A stretch of 64,000 nucleotides of DNA. Source: Eledone cirrhosa (taxonomy: Eukaryota). Location of the stretch: positions 30,504,001-30,568,000 of the forward strand of contig OZ024755.1 in assembly GCA_964016885.1 (NCBI GenBank), given 5' to 3'. Under the pieces are notes generated by a model, which saw only the letters and a program-made list of their open reading frames with translations, made no database searches and was not told the DNA's origin. Positions 25,653 through 42,827 of this stretch are shown piece by piece (positions within the stretch are counted from its first letter, which is position 1; the number at the start of each line of letters is the position of its first letter). A program made the position numbers and the translations under genes.

Positions 25653-25825
25653 TAGATAGATAGATAGATAAACACATAATATATATATATGTTTGAATCT
25701 ATTAAGTACATAGGCACATACATACATATATATATATATACACACATACATATACTGTTGCATGGCCACTCCACACACCACATACATACACACACACAAA
25801 ATATATATATACGTTTGAATCTATT

Positions 25826-25835
<10 letters not shown>
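25420..25835 (+). repeat. five copies of a ~30-bp unit separated by variable microsatellite
   Basis: gtttgaatctattaag(tacataggcacata) at about 25427, 25519, 25587, 25691 and 25813. Confidence 0.85.
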
Positions 25836-25876
<41 letters not shown>

Positions 25877-27249
25877 CTGTTGCATGGTACACACACCAGC
25901 TCCTTCCACAAGCCACTCCACACACCATTTGTACCACGCTATCTATCTTTAATCTCTTCCCAAACATATAGATATATGATATATGAAATTACTCTATATG
26001 CGGTGTATGTGCGTACACATAAGCATGTATACATGTATATGTATACTTATTCTTATAGGCGTATCTACACGCTACATATAGAAATTGCGTGTAGCGATAT
26101 ATTTCCATAGGTTCAAGTGATGTGACCATCTTGGCGACAGATTAAATTGCTTTGCGGGAGTTATACCATTGTTTTATTCCCTTTGACGTCCACGGTGAAC
26201 CTCATACTTCGTCGTTCGGTGGTCAGTGGTTGTATTGTTGTAGCACAGTATATGATACCTTGTGGTGTCTGTTCTGTCACACTCCGCCAGAGCCTATCAA
26301 TGACATGGGACGTGGTGTCTTGCAAACATATTCTACCGTTGTTCTCCCTGTACACTATCTAAAGACGGCCTCATCTCTGGTGTCGGCTTCCATGTTTACA
26401 CATTTGTACATCTATACGATTGACCGAGTTCACATATAAGAGTGTGCTTATACACCATACACATGTTTGCGCCTACACACGCACACACTTAGACACACAT
26501 ATATAATTATGCTAATTGGGAGAGGAAATGGTGTATATATATTATCAAATGATTCTATGGACAATCTTTATAGTATATATATATATATGATATTTATATT
26601 TATATATATATGTACATGTATATAGAGGCACACACAAACGCACACACACATATATATATATATATACATATATACATGTATATATATATATGTGTGTGTG
26701 TGTGTTTGTGTGGTTATGATCTTGGGTTCCTTCCAGATATCCGGGGAAGCCTGGTACCCCAACTATCTTGATAGAAATGTTAATACGTCCCTCTAAATAT
26801 TGTGGTAACATCTTTGAATTGGCTAGTGATTGGGGACTTTCTTCCTCCTTTAACACAAAACACCCAACTGAATTCATCCAACACGACGAAATGATTCTCT
26901 TTTCTTAAATCATTCGGAACAACTTCTAAAACTTCCGAATGATCGTTACGCATTTTTCACATAATTTGCAAGGTATAATTAGTCGTGTGGTAAATCATGT
27001 TCGGTCGTTTTTTATCAATTCTTTAATGTCCATCTAGTGCAGGGATTTCCAAACGCGGAACCCATTTTTTTTCAGAAACTTTTGGGGAACCCCAAATTCT
27101 AATATTGTTATATGGTCGTAATATAAATATACTCCTCTAACGTTTTTCACTGAATCCCAGAAACTAAGGATCTAGATTAATTCGCCCACTAGTGTTAAAC
27201 TTATGTCGGCTGTAACAATGGTTTATTTGCTATCTATAGTTATGTTATT

Positions 27250-27700
27250 TTGTTGGTGGCTTCCTCTACGTTTTCGCTGAGTCTGGTCAGCCTCCCGAAT
27301 TTTGGTTCTCCTGGTAGAGCTGCAGTGAATCTAAAAGGGTCCTTGAAACCCACATCCATTTTTATACCTAATCTTCCTCCACATCGAAGGTCTTTCTACA
27401 TCTCGGAGTCTATTAAGACGTTCTCCGTATTGGTTCTTTAAATCTTTGATGCCTTTTCTTTCATCGTCAGCAGATAAATACTGTGTCTTGATGAAGTTCC
27501 TGATATATTCTCTCAAATGGTTGATTTCTCTTTCTCCACTGTTGTGACTGTATTTATTTTTCACACAGCCATCTCTGCTAACCTAGCTTCTAATATGACC
27601 TTGATCGACGTGGATTCATTTCTTAGTATCCCTTGTTTGGAACGACTTGATTTGTTCTCTTTCGTGTTCGGCTTGGTTCTCTGGGCTGGCATCTTGTGAG
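27250..27700 (-). mobile_element. degenerate HERO/NeSL-like LINE fragment (pre-RT region)
   Basis: EREINHLR..IR....QY..ADDERKGIKDL....ERL.RLRDVE.....RK.....F..PF resembles the helical region upstream of RT in HERO-type elements. Confidence 0.55.
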
Positions 27701-28419
27701 GGTGTCATGAGATCATGAAATGATACAGCAACTGAGCAATCTCTGGTTCAGGAGGGTTGCCTCCCTTCCTGTTGCTCTCGTGCGTCACACCAAAGTGCTA
27801 CAACTGGGTGTGTGTATTCATTCACATAAAATTCTACATCTATCTATATGTGCGTGCGTATATCACTGTGTATGTGTATATCTATATTAATTAATTCTAT
27901 ATTAGAAAGGAAAGCAGAGAAATACAAGCAAATACTATATTGTTTGGACGCCATTAATAATACTAATATTTCTGCAGATCATCGACCTTGCCTTTAAATA
28001 CGTGTTATTGAATCACTCTTACGTTTAAACGATAATTATCTTCCGGGCATTCTGTTTCGAATGAAACAATAGAATTAATGAATCGAATCTTTTAAAATAT
28101 TCAAAAGTCAAATGTTTAGATGCAGCTTAAAATAGAATGTGGAAGTTAATGGTATTTGCCAAGGCAGTGGGCAAGTTATCAGAAATTCAAATAACCTGCT
28201 TTATTCCTTGACATGGAAGTTGAACATTTACTTTTCGTCTTGGTCTTCTTCCGTCTAGATACACAGGATGTGATACCATCTGTTGTATCTGACCGCCCTG
28301 TGGAGATAGGATCAACATATCATGGGTAAAGGTTGACACTTCAAATTAAGGCTGAACTGACAAAGGGCGAAAGAACTCATAAGAGTCAACGGCCATCTAA
28401 AAAAAAAAAAAAAAAAAAA

Positions 28420-28790
28420 ATTTGGCAGTATAGGTAGAGCGTCGAACAACATGACTTTCACTCTTACGGGGTCGATAAAATAAAGTACCGGTAATGAACT
28501 GGGGTCGATTTAATCGACTTTTCCCACGCCCAAAATTGTTGGCCTTGTGCCACTATCAGAATATTATATATCCATTAATATTATTATTATTGTGGTGGAT
28601 TGGCAGTATTGGTAGAGGGTCGGACACCATGCTTTGGCGCATAGAGTTACGGCCCTTGCCATTCTGAGTTCAAATCCCGCCGAGGTTAACTTTGCCTTTC
28701 ATCCTTACGGGATCGATAAAATAAAGTACCAGTAATGCACTGGGATAATTGCTGGCCTTGTGCCAAAAGTGGAAACGATTATTATTATTG
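28420..28790 (+). mobile_element. two tandem SINE family A copies (one deleted, one full length at 28593-28790)
   Basis: A and B boxes, conserved body and (att)n tails. Confidence 0.9.
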
Positions 28791-29535
28791 TCGTACTTGT
28801 TGTAATTATTATAAAATAATGATGAACTATTAAATCAGGAAGAAGATATATTTAAAATTAATGAATAAGTCAATTGTATTGTTATACAATTGTATTGTTA
28901 TACAATTAAGTCAGTGACAATTCTCATACGTTAATGAGCAAATACAAACGTAAATTTTCAAATAATTAAATCAAGAATTTCATAGTAATTATTAATGTAA
29001 CAACATATAATAAGAGGATTTCCAATGTGAATAATCATAAATGTTACTTTTTTTTTTTTATTAAACAATTTTAAACCTTTAAATCAGAACAATCTCCATG
29101 GCGTTCTCATTTGAGAAAGAGAAATAAATGATTTATTATACAGAAAAGTTTGCACAATGCTCACTATGTGAATAACAGTTAATAATGAAGCTATTAAATC
29201 TGAAATTTAGTGGCTTAATGACAGCAAAATAGTTAGAATAAATAGGTTCTGGACAAGAATACATGATATGAAATGAGAGGTGAGAGAACGAAGGAATTTG
29301 TGAGAATATGATACTGTAAGATTACAAGTAGAGCAATGGTAGGGAATAATTAGATGTTCAATTATGCACTGATGAAGGACGAAACCCAGAAACATTAATG
29401 TCTGCAGTTCTCTTTACATGCCAACACAAGAGCAAGAATGAGGGGCTCATTTTACTGACATGGCTTTAAAAATGAGGCTGTTTGCATAATTGCAAACGAA
29501 TCGAATATTGTTATTAATATTCGAAAAACTCAGAT

Positions 29536-29595
<60 letters not shown>

Positions 29596-29770
29596 ATATA
29601 TACACATATTGTTATATTTTGTGAGGGTCATATTGTTATAATATTGGCAGGAATAATAACAGAAGACACTCACGGTTTGGTTTGTATAATTTATATTATA
29701 AAAATATGACCCTCCCCAAATATAACAATATATGTTTCAACACACGATTTCACATCAAAAGCCTTGCAAA

Positions 29771-29825
<55 letters not shown>

Positions 29826-29827
<2 letters not shown>

Positions 29828-30026
29828 AAAAGGTATGACCCCGACGGCAGAGCTCAAGCCGTTTCGACGGCTATTTCTGGACTATTTCTGTCCAGAAATA
29901 GCCGTCGAAACGGCTTGAGCTCTGCCGTCGGGGGTCATACTTTTTCCTATTTCCCACTCTACTACCCTAAGTATTGAGTACTCTGGTGCGTTATGGTCCA
30001 TCTGGTTCCTTAACACAATTCCTTTG

Positions 30027-30028
<2 letters not shown>
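29826..30028. mobile_element. fold-back mini-element family C
   Basis: Inverted arms at about 29824-29882 and 29890-29950 plus a tail ending ttcctttgt|(TA)n. Confidence 0.85.
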
Positions 30029-30074
<46 letters not shown>

Positions 30075-30128
30075 CGGCGATGAATTAGTTTTGCGAGGTT
30101 TTTTATATGAAATCGTGTGTCGAAACAG

Positions 30129-30757
30129 ATATTGTTATATTTGGGGAGGGTCATATTTGCGTAATATTGCCAGAATTAATAACAGAACACACTCACTGTT
30201 TGGTTGGTTTTCGCTTCTCGCTGTCTTTTATATATATATATCTGCGATCTAACTTACTCGGTCCTCAATGTAGCCATTGACTGACCGGCGGTCAAAAATA
30301 ATACAGATACAATATAGACAAACACATATATATATAGTTTACATAAATCTTTCGTTGCACATCTGCAACATCGTCAGTGGTGTTATATTCATTGTTCCTC
30401 CTGTTGTGTTGTATGTCTACGCCATTTTTTTTTTGTTCAGTCTCTGAACAAAAAAAAAAAATGGCGTAGACATACAACACAACAGGAGGAACAATGAATA
30501 TAACACCACTGACGATGTTGCAGATGTGCAACGAAAGATTTATGTAAACTATATATATATGTGTTTGTCTATATTGTATCTGTATTATTTTTGACCGCCG
30601 GTCAGTCAATGGCTACATTGAGGACCGAGTAAGTTAGATCGCAGATATATATATATAAAAGACAGCGAGAAGCGAAAACCAACCAAACAGTGAGTGTGTT
30701 CTGTTATTAATTCTGGCAATATTACGCAAATATGACCCTCCCCAAATATAACAATAT
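30129..30757. repeat. near-perfect long palindrome (arms about 312 bp, 3-nt loop)
   Basis: 30129-30440 is the reverse complement of 30444-30757. The only difference seen is the length of a T/A homopolymer. Confidence 0.92.
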
Positions 30758-30760
30758 ATA

Positions 30761-30795
<35 letters not shown>

Positions 30796-30949
30796 TGATT
30801 TTAGGTATCTAGTCTTTAATGCGAAGAAATATACCAATGATAATCAGCAGACTACTGATGACGGACTTTTCTCGGTCTATTTTTATTCATATGTTCATAT
30901 TCGCAACAACGCAGCACGCCATTTTTCATTCATATATATATATATATAT

Positions 30950-31140
30950 AAATTAGCGAGAATCGTATTTCGACTATTGGAAATTAGCGAAAGACACCTT
31001 CCGAGATGTGTGGCAAGCGCTCCATAGAAGCTAGTGAACTAGAGCAACAACATAAGTTAAAAGGCCAAACACACTGAGACGATGGTTAAACCATTATCCG
31101 CACAGCCATAGAAACGACCAAGTAATTCGGGTCAAACAAA
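30950..31140. repeat. interspersed repeat next to (TA)n, second copy at 52665-52850
   Basis: Shared aattagcgagaatc...ggcaagcgctc...aaaggccaaacacactgaga...ttcgggtcaaaca. Confidence 0.75.
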
Positions 31141-31446
31141 TAAAATATGATTGAAAATTATACCCGGACCCCTGGAAGGTTGGTAATATCCACTTTTGGG
31201 TTTCTGCAACTCCTAAATCAAGTACTGTCTGCTTAGACAAATAATGTTAAGCTTTTGGTATGATGATCGAACAAGGAAGTCACTTTTTCAACAGGCTTGT
31301 AGTTCAGTGCCAAGCCAAGGACTGACCGTTATCAAAACCCACGTGGGGCTTGACAAGAGAGGCAACCATTAGTTTTGGCGGATGAAATCAGTATGCGTGT
31401 TATTGCAAAATTGCAAAATATCACAAAACGAATTAAGCTATCATTT

Positions 31447-34360
<2,914 letters not shown>

Positions 34361-34689
34361 CAAATTGGATAATTAGAAAATAGAAGAGAACAGGTGAGGA
34401 ATGTTGTACAGAGGAGACGACGTCAACATTTGTAAATACTTGATCAAATAGAATATGATATAAATACAAGCGACTAAGGGGTAGATAGATAAGTGATATA
34501 GGTATGTATAAGAAAATTCAAAATAGAATAAGATTTGGGTATAATAAAAAGCAATAGAAAATTTATGATTTCTATATTAAAGATGTTGCGTAACTTCTTG
34601 CCACGTATGAGTTTGGTAGTGTCTATTTTTAGGGTTATTCAAGGTTTATCATATGGAAGTTGTAGCTATGTTTAAACTAGCAAAATCTA

Positions 34690-35260
34690 ATTCCCCAGTA
34701 CAATGGTGGACTTCTTTACTGTAATTCACAAGCACATTCTTAACAGATACGCGTATAAAAACGTTTTAACAGATACTAAACTAAAAAGCGAAATAAATCG
34801 AAGCTGTATGAGAAACATAGAAGATATAATATCTCACACCCCTACCAACAAATATTCTTGCGGGAGGTTTGATATATGTGCCTTGTAATGCATAACTGAT
34901 AATGCGTAGCGCAGAAATACTTTCTGTTGAAACCAAACTAGATATAACACGGACATTTTACATTGACGTGACAGGTTGGAAATTCAAAATAACTTTTTGT
35001 AATCAAATATTTTCTCTTAGATAACAGATGGAAAGATCACGTTAAAATTAGTCGATTATGCCTGCAACTGAAACGAAAAACTTTGGAAAGTAAAATAAAA
35101 TAAAATATATTAGGAAGAATGAAAAGTTAAATATTACAAGCAATTGGTTCGATCTTTCTAAAATAGAAAAAAAAACAACTCTCAAACAGCTACAAAACCA
35201 TCATCTCTGTAAAGTCAAGATCAGCGTTATTCGTGAAATCGAAATATTTCAAAAGAAGCT
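34690..35260 (+). mobile_element. highly degenerate Penelope-like linker/GIY-YIG remnant
   Basis: HKHILNR...SCMRNIEDIISH resembles the PLE motif KIFNR...YSCM.N...IIS.HN. Confidence 0.5.
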
Positions 35261-35613
35261 TTAATGTACATGAAACAGCTTTTAGAGTCATTCTCTCTTA
35301 TATACACATATATATACACCAGGTCTGAACACAAAAGAACCAAACACCCACATCACTGCCTCCGTCTCTTCCGCTCCCACATCTCTCCCTATTGTGAGCA
35401 AATGGGCTCCGGTGGACAGAATAGAGAAGGCGTTTCCTCGGAGGATGGTGAAGGAGACGTGCTGGAAAAAACCATTCCAGCTCGTGAGTCTTACATCTGC
35501 GGGTAGCCAACTCTGAGCCCATGGTGGTGAGTAGGGAAGTGACCCTAGGGCCAAGGACACCAGAAATATCCTCTGCCTCGGACTCCACCGCAAACTCGGA
35601 CAGCGTGTAATAT

Positions 35614-35772
35614 AATTGTTTCTACCTTTGGCACAAGGCCAGCAATTACCCACTGCATTACTGGTACTTTATTTTAATCGACCCCGTAAGCATGAAAGGC
35701 AAAGTTAACCTCGGCAGGATTTGAACTTAGACTGGCAAGGGCCGTGACTATGCGTCAAAGCATGGCGTCCGG
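35614..35772 (-). mobile_element. SINE family A (near-identical partner at 36650-36832)
   Basis: Conserved body and B box. Confidence 0.88.
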
Positions 35773-36005
35773 GAGCTTTAATTTACACAGCTGGAAACCA
35801 CGCCATTGTCATATGCTCTACTTCAGGCTCTTTACTCGTTGTACTTTTCCGTCAAACTCACCTTCTCACTTTTTCTAGATTATTCTCTCTTACAGTATGT
35901 TTCCCTGTCTTCCACAACCTAATCTTTCTTCTTTCTTTTCCGGTTAATTTATTATTATTTTTACGCAGATGTACATATGCGCACACACACTCGCACACAT
36001 AATAC

Positions 36006-36550
<545 letters not shown>

Positions 36551-36649
36551 GGGAGTGTAACGTGTAGTTACAACAGATTCACCCAGGTGAGCACTCAGTG
36601 TTTAGGTTTACGTCAGTGACGAGGTGTAGAGCTAGACAGCGTGTAATAT

Positions 36650-36832
36650 AATTGTTTCTACCTTTGGCACAAGGCCAGCAATTACCCAGTGCATTACTGG
36701 TACTTTATTTTATCGACCCCGTAAGCATGAAAGGCAAAGTTAACCTCGGCAGGATTTGAACTCAGACTGGCAAGGGCCGTGACTATGCGTCAAAGCATGG
36801 CGTCCGACCCTCTACCGATACTGCCAATCCAC
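36650..36832 (-). mobile_element. SINE family A, full length
   Basis: A box, B box and conserved body. Confidence 0.9.
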
Positions 36833-37280
36833 AGAGTGTAATTTAATAATACAAGGATGATTTGTTAAGCCTTCATTACGTTTATTGATTAGTGATTTCG
36901 CTATTGATCAAGGTATGATCTGTATCGATCTGTCCGACTCTGGAATCAAAAGCTCGTCGGACCTATATATATGATGGATGCAACTCGCGAGTAAAGCCAT
37001 CGCTTGATACTTAAGCATGAGCACCACGGTCGGGGCTTTTTAGTTCTGCTACGGACTGCCTATGGCCAGCAAAACTATGCATCGCAAAAAATGTCACATA
37101 CTAAGCGATGCCTGTGTGCTTGAAGCTTTTTTAAGTGAGGAAAGGCTTTGCACGGGACCACTCCTACACTCTGAATATCATTGGAATTCGCAGGTTTTAT
37201 ATCAGAGTGACCTTCTCCTAGAGAGATGCCTTAATGAAGACTAGGAGTCCCTCGCAGGAATTTCTCTACAAAAATAAATG

Positions 37281-37320
<40 letters not shown>

Positions 37321-38479
37321 ATAATAATAAATTTGGAGACTAAAATCCAAAGAGGGCTCGATAAGGATAAATATATATCAAATATATAAGAACCGTAGAG
37401 CAAATATTTATTAAAATAACAGATTAAAGTTTAAGCAAAGAATCGCTGCTTTCACCCTTAACGGGATCTTACATTATATTTTCCAATAAACTATTTCTAA
37501 ACATTTTTTTTACCACGATTGTATCAGAAATTCCCTATCTTTTTTTTTTTTTTTATTTGTATTTATTTTTATTTTCTTTATCTATTTATTTATTCATTCA
37601 TTGTTATGGTGGGTTGGAAATGGATGACTAACACCTGTTTTAACGTTTGATCTTTGAATAATATAAATGTAGATATCAGACTTACATTCGGAAATAGACA
37701 TGCTGTTGCATACTCCAGAGCACATTCACCACAAATTAAACCCTATTGCATGTTATATTATCAAGTGAAATATTTATATTATTAGTTTTAATCTACCGAT
37801 TTTACGAGGCTAATTTTAGCAACTAATGTGTCACTTTCCGTCTTTTCTTCCAATACTGGAAACTATTTACTCGTTTTCGCTAACATTACATGCGCTTTAA
37901 TAGATTGAATTTGATCTTTGATGTTTCGGCCAAACTTGCAGGTTTGGGCAACTTTCCAATATCTACCAAAGCATTGCTGTTTCGATTTGGCTCATTATCA
38001 ATTGTAGGCTATTTTAAAAACATTAATTATTTTCCCTACCCGCTTTGTCCTCCATCCATCTTTTATTTTTTTCCTCTCACTGAAAGCAAAAGAAAAATCT
38101 AATATAATTATACTATTTGATTACCAAATGCAGTTTAAGCTATTGGCCTGCGGCCATGCTGTGGCACCATCGTTAATATTTTTTAGTATGTATTTTTCTC
38201 AAAATTCTTTTATATGGTAGTTTCTAAAATGATGAATGAAATATGAAAGCCAAGCATTAGCATAAAATAATTCAATCACATTTGTGCAGGCAATGGTTTA
38301 CAGAATACTGTGAATTGTGTCCGAGAGAGAATATCTGTGCAGTCACTTGAAGTTCTAGCAATATCAGTCAAATCTTCAACGATCAAGATATTCTTCTGTG
38401 ACGCTAAACTCTGCCAGTTGCAGACTGCGCATCAACATGAGATATATCTCTAGACAAAGTTCGATCACCAACAGCAGAG

Positions 38480-38765
38480 ATTAAAGAGCAACGATCAAGT
38501 CCAGTCCATAGGTTGACATTATCAAGCCATCGTTTTCGCTGCCGGCCTCTGCTTCTCCTACCAGCCAACCTTCCTTCCAGACATAACCAACACGAGATGA
38601 TCTTTTTATAGGACCATATAATTTGAGTATTCTAGACTTCACAATTGATGTAATTGGTCTAATTCTGGTAATGTTGAGCATCTCACTGGTATAGATACGG
38701 TCGCTGATCAAGATATACCTGGGGCTAAACAATAACGAGTAAGATTTTACAGCCTTCTTCCACAT
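38480..38765 (-). mobile_element. RTE-like LINE 3' remnant
   Basis: I.DRIYTSEML.....PITSIVKSR.LK.YG.IKR...EG...G pattern of RTE C-termini. Confidence 0.55.
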
Positions 38766-39059
38766 GCTGCTAATAGTTATTGCTGTACAAACAGGTCGAT
38801 TGTGCAGAACACGTAAAGATGCCCTTATGTAAATATTTCATGAATTAATAAAATCCAAATATGGCTTACTGATTACAGAAGTTAATTATTTTATACGGTA
38901 TCCCAGCATGGCCTCAGCCGGTTGGCTGGAACAGGTAAAATAATCAAAGAGTATGACCTCATTAACAAATACTCCATAAATGTCTCACATGCAATAGACA
39001 CATTGAAACTAAAAAGTATAAAACAATGTTGATAGTATTTCAAACAAGATGGTGAACTA

Positions 39060-39530
39060 ATTCGTCTTCTTCGTTCATTTATTCCAGAGAGGGTCGTGAG
39101 GGAATAGTCCTCAAATACTCCTTCAGCGGGTCCTGTCAGAAGCAACGGTTCTAACTGATCCAGCTGGATACCCAAGCGTGACCAGCCAAGTTCATAGATG
39201 TTATCCAACCATCTTGCTCGGGGTCTACCCCTGGGTTTCCTGCCGGTTGGTTTTTGCCCGTAAAATCTGTCCAGCGATTCTTTCCTCAGACATTCTAGCC
39301 ACATGCCCATAGTATCGGAGCTGTGATCTCTCAATTCGGAGACGTAGGGGCTCTACCTGCAGTGACTCTCTGATTTCCGAGCTACGCACTCTATCGAATA
39401 ATGGTACTCGAAAGACCCTTCGGAGGAACCCCATTTCGGCCGCTTGTATTCGTGATCGTATTCTTTCGGTTATTACCCACGATTTATGACTATAGTTAAG
39501 GGCTGGTACGAATACCGAATTGAAGACAAA
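39060..39530 (-). mobile_element. RTE-clade LINE 3' end (same family as 22527-23432)
   Basis: MGFLRRV...LFDRVRSSEIRESLQVEPL.LRIERSQLRYYGHVARM and KPTGRKPRGRPRARWLD. Confidence 0.88.
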
Positions 39531-40677
39531 CGAATGAATGCATGGTCCCGTAACTCCTGATAGAGTCGTGGGTGAGGGTGGGGGTGGGGGGCATATAACA
39601 GTATGGCATTTCTAGGGCATTTCTTTGAAACCTGGTAGAGCCCATCTCCTCTCCAGCTTTGTATACAGCAGATTTCTCCCGGAAAAGGAGGGAAAGTGAG
39701 AGAAGGGAAGTGAGAAAGATATATAGAGGAAGAATCGATTCCTGTACTTCACTGGTACTTTTCTTATCGACCTGGAATGGATGAAAGGCAAAGGTGACCT
39801 TGGTGAGATTTGAACTCAGAGAGAGAGAGCCGAAAGGACCAGCATAAAGCATTCTATTCGACATTCTAATGACTCTGCTACTTCGCCTCCTTATTTAAAG
39901 GTGTAGCTGGGTTGTTATTTATGTCACAAGCAACTCCAAACAGCAAATCTTCAGTGACGTAACACTATTAATAAATAAATCCAATTGATAAATATTGTGT
40001 CAAAGGGTGAACACCCGGTAAAAAATCTAATGCCTTTGTAAAACGTACAAAAGCTATGCCTATCGAACGTCTTTATAATTGTTTCTTATATAGGCACAAG
40101 GCCAGCAATTTTGGGGGAGGGGAAAGTCGATTAAATCGACCCCAGTGCGTGACTGATCAATCAAAAAGAAATCAAACATAACTCCATTATTGATGTTGGA
40201 TATGAATCAGAAGTGTGATTTTTTTTTTCAAAAGAACGAGGGAAAAATTGTAGTGAGGCTGATAATAGTAGATTAAATCAACTTAATTACATTAACGATA
40301 TTTATTCTATCAAAATTCTAATGTAACTAAATAGTGACAAACATTTAATGTAGTAAGTCAAATGTTCTCCGCAGAATTAATATTACAATAAATCCTTTAT
40401 CGCTGATATTCGTCTGAAGACACCCAAGCGAGACAGCTTCAAAGTACAAATATTGTCTCAATAATTGTGTATCTGTATCGATCTTGCTTTCTATTTCTCT
40501 GTCTTCCTTGTTTGCTTTCTATTTTCTTTCTTTCTAGCTTCAGTTTTATGTTCAAAGAAGTTAGATAACATATGAGAGAGAGATGAGACTGACATTCGCA
40601 TAGTTACTCGTAAATATGAATGACAATTCTCTCACTTTCACTTCCTTTCCATGTCTTTTTCACTCATCTCCCCACCC

Positions 40678-40723
<46 letters not shown>

Positions 40724-40728
40724 ATTGC

Positions 40729-41125
40729 TTGGATTGGCAGTATCGGTAGAGGGTCGGACGCCATGCTTTGCAGCATAGAGTTATGGCCCTTTATGATCTG
40801 AGTTCAAATCCCGCCGTGATTAACTTTGCTTTTCATCCTTACGGGGTCGATAAAATAAAGTACCAGTAATGCACTGGGGTAATTGCTGGCCTTGTGCCAA
40901 AGGTTGAAACAATTATTGCTATCTGTGGATTGGCAGTATCGGTGGAGCGAGAGGACACTATGGTTCGTGGCATATAGTTACATCCCTTTACGTTCTGAGT
41001 TCAAATCCCGCTGAGGTTAGCTTTTCCTTTCATCCTTGCCGGGTCGATAAAATAAAGTGGGTCAATTTAATCGACATCCATTCCCCAAAGTTGTTGGCCT
41101 AGTGCCTAAATCCGGAACCATTATT
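40729..41125 (+). mobile_element. tandem pair of SINE family A
   Basis: Two consecutive heads and bodies. Confidence 0.88.
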
Positions 41126-41494
41126 GCTTTTCACCTCACTCCTTATTCCGTCTCTTTATTAATTTTCACCTCTCTCTCCTCCCCTCTAACTTCTTAAGCA
41201 CCATTATAATCATGAAACCTTTCTAAAGTCTTCCAGCGCATCTGCCTTACCATCCTCTGGGGAAACGCCTTCTCCATTTTGTCCGTGGGGCTGTGGGAAA
41301 GCCAGCACCTGGGACCCCATTTGCTCACCATACAGAGAAATGGGGGAGAGCGAGAGAGATGGAGGCGATGACAGAGGGAGTTCGGCTCTTCCACGTTCGG
41401 AGGAACATATCCCCGTGGTTGAGTATAGTATTCTTCTGCTGAGTACATATAGTGTTGTCACTGTTGGTGTTTAGCCCTTATCACCACTGGTCAA

Positions 41495-41700
41495 CCAAGG
41501 GCCTCAAGATGGCTGCTGTGGATCAAAAGAGGAGAGCCATGGAGTCATGGTAGCTAGCTGGCCATCTGGACACAAGCTGGGGGTCTGATCAGCCACAGCT
41601 GGGTCACCTGGAGAAGGGTGTATGATGTTGAAAGACCCGAAACACCCGATGATACCAGGCACATCACTGAAGATGTGTCCAGATGCATCAGTCATAGATG
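41495..41700 (+). mobile_element. HERO-like LINE 3' end (last codons + 3' UTR)
   Basis: ASRWL.WIKRGEPW followed by tgatgttgaaagacccgaaacacccgatga...catcactgaagatgtgtcc. Recalled as resembling HERO-type 3' UTRs. Confidence 0.6.
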
Positions 41701-41917
41701 TAAGTTCACAACAATAAAGTCTTCCATCTCACTATCTTCTAACTCTTCGTACTCTCCTTGTCTATCTTTATAACTGAATGGTTGTCTTTCCTTCTTCTTT
41801 ATTTGGTTCTCTCTGCGCCTGTTTACCAACCACTCGTTGATATCTCAATCTTGTTTCCATTGTCTTCCTGCGGCTACTTCTTTCTGTTTTTATTTATATA
41901 TTTCCTTGTTTATTTCA

Positions 41918-42285
41918 TCCTCTCTCTCTCTCTATCCATTTCCCTCTTTCTCTATCCCTCTCCCTCTCTCTCTATCCCTCTCTCTCTATCCCTCATTCTC
42001 TATTCCTCACTCTCTCTCCCTACCCTCTCTCTATCCATTTCCCTCTTTATCTATCCCTCTCCCTCTATTCCTCACTCTCTCTCTCTCTCTCTCTCTCTAC
42101 CCTCTATCCATTTCCCTCTTTATCTATCCCTCTCCCTCTATTCCTCACTCTCTTTCTCTCTCTATCCCTCCCCCTCTCTCTATCCATTTCCCTTTTTCTC
42201 TATCCCTCTCCCTCTCTCTCTCTGACTTTCACTTCCTCTCTCTCTCTCTTTCTGACTTTCACGTCCTCTCTCTCTCTCTCTCAAA
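41918..42285. repeat. CT-rich polypyrimidine low-complexity repeat
   Basis: Degenerate ctctatcc/ctctct units. Confidence 0.9.
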
Positions 42286-42827
42286 TTCCTCATTTCTCTT
42301 CGGTCTCCTTGTATTATTAATTCAAATACATCTTTTTCAACCCCTCGCCAACCCTTTATAAGATCAGTTCTTACTACCACCTCCACGCCTAAAACCTGAA
42401 TTTATACATCACAGTATTTCGTCACAGTGACCACTACGACCGTACTTTCTATGTATAATGGTCAACACTGCATCACATTACGTAACAAATACATTCGATA
42501 GCCACACATCTAATACCATGTCATATTACGCAGTGACCAAACATTGCAGCGATACTAGCACAGCTCAAAACCATGTTATTCCTCACATTGATATCTTCAC
42601 TTCTTCACTCTCTTCTGCAGAAAAACTGCATAGTAACTGCAACCTTCTAGTCATCTGTTTTTAATCAACAGACAAACATCTTTGATACCCAAGCCTCTCA
42701 AAATTCTTTCTGTCAACGATAAACCAATATTTAATAGCCAGAGTAACAGAAGTCATCAACAGGGAGAGCAAATATGACGTGACAAGCAAGACTTTTATTA
42801 ATTAACGTTCATAACTACTACTACTAC

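Noticed and set aside
26130-26440. Overlapping short ORFs in complex sequence
   Set aside because: No recognisable domain or convincing splice sites.
28258-28330. AG...GT-bounded plus-strand micro-exon candidates here and at 45325-45350 and 49291-49372
   Set aside because: Such sites are expected by chance. There is no consistent frame or homology linking them.
28593-28690. tRNA genes
   Set aside because: The A/B boxes belong to SINE heads. They lack a cloverleaf acceptor stem and are attached to the SINE body in many copies.
30855-30885. ctgatgacggac motif
   Set aside because: There is no following GAAA/stem III, so it cannot be called a ribozyme, though it may be a truncated one.
41612-41652. 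Hammerhead-like tgatg...cgaaac in the HERO-like 3' UTR
   Set aside because: The core is not CTGANGA and stems I and II cannot be formed in canonical topology.
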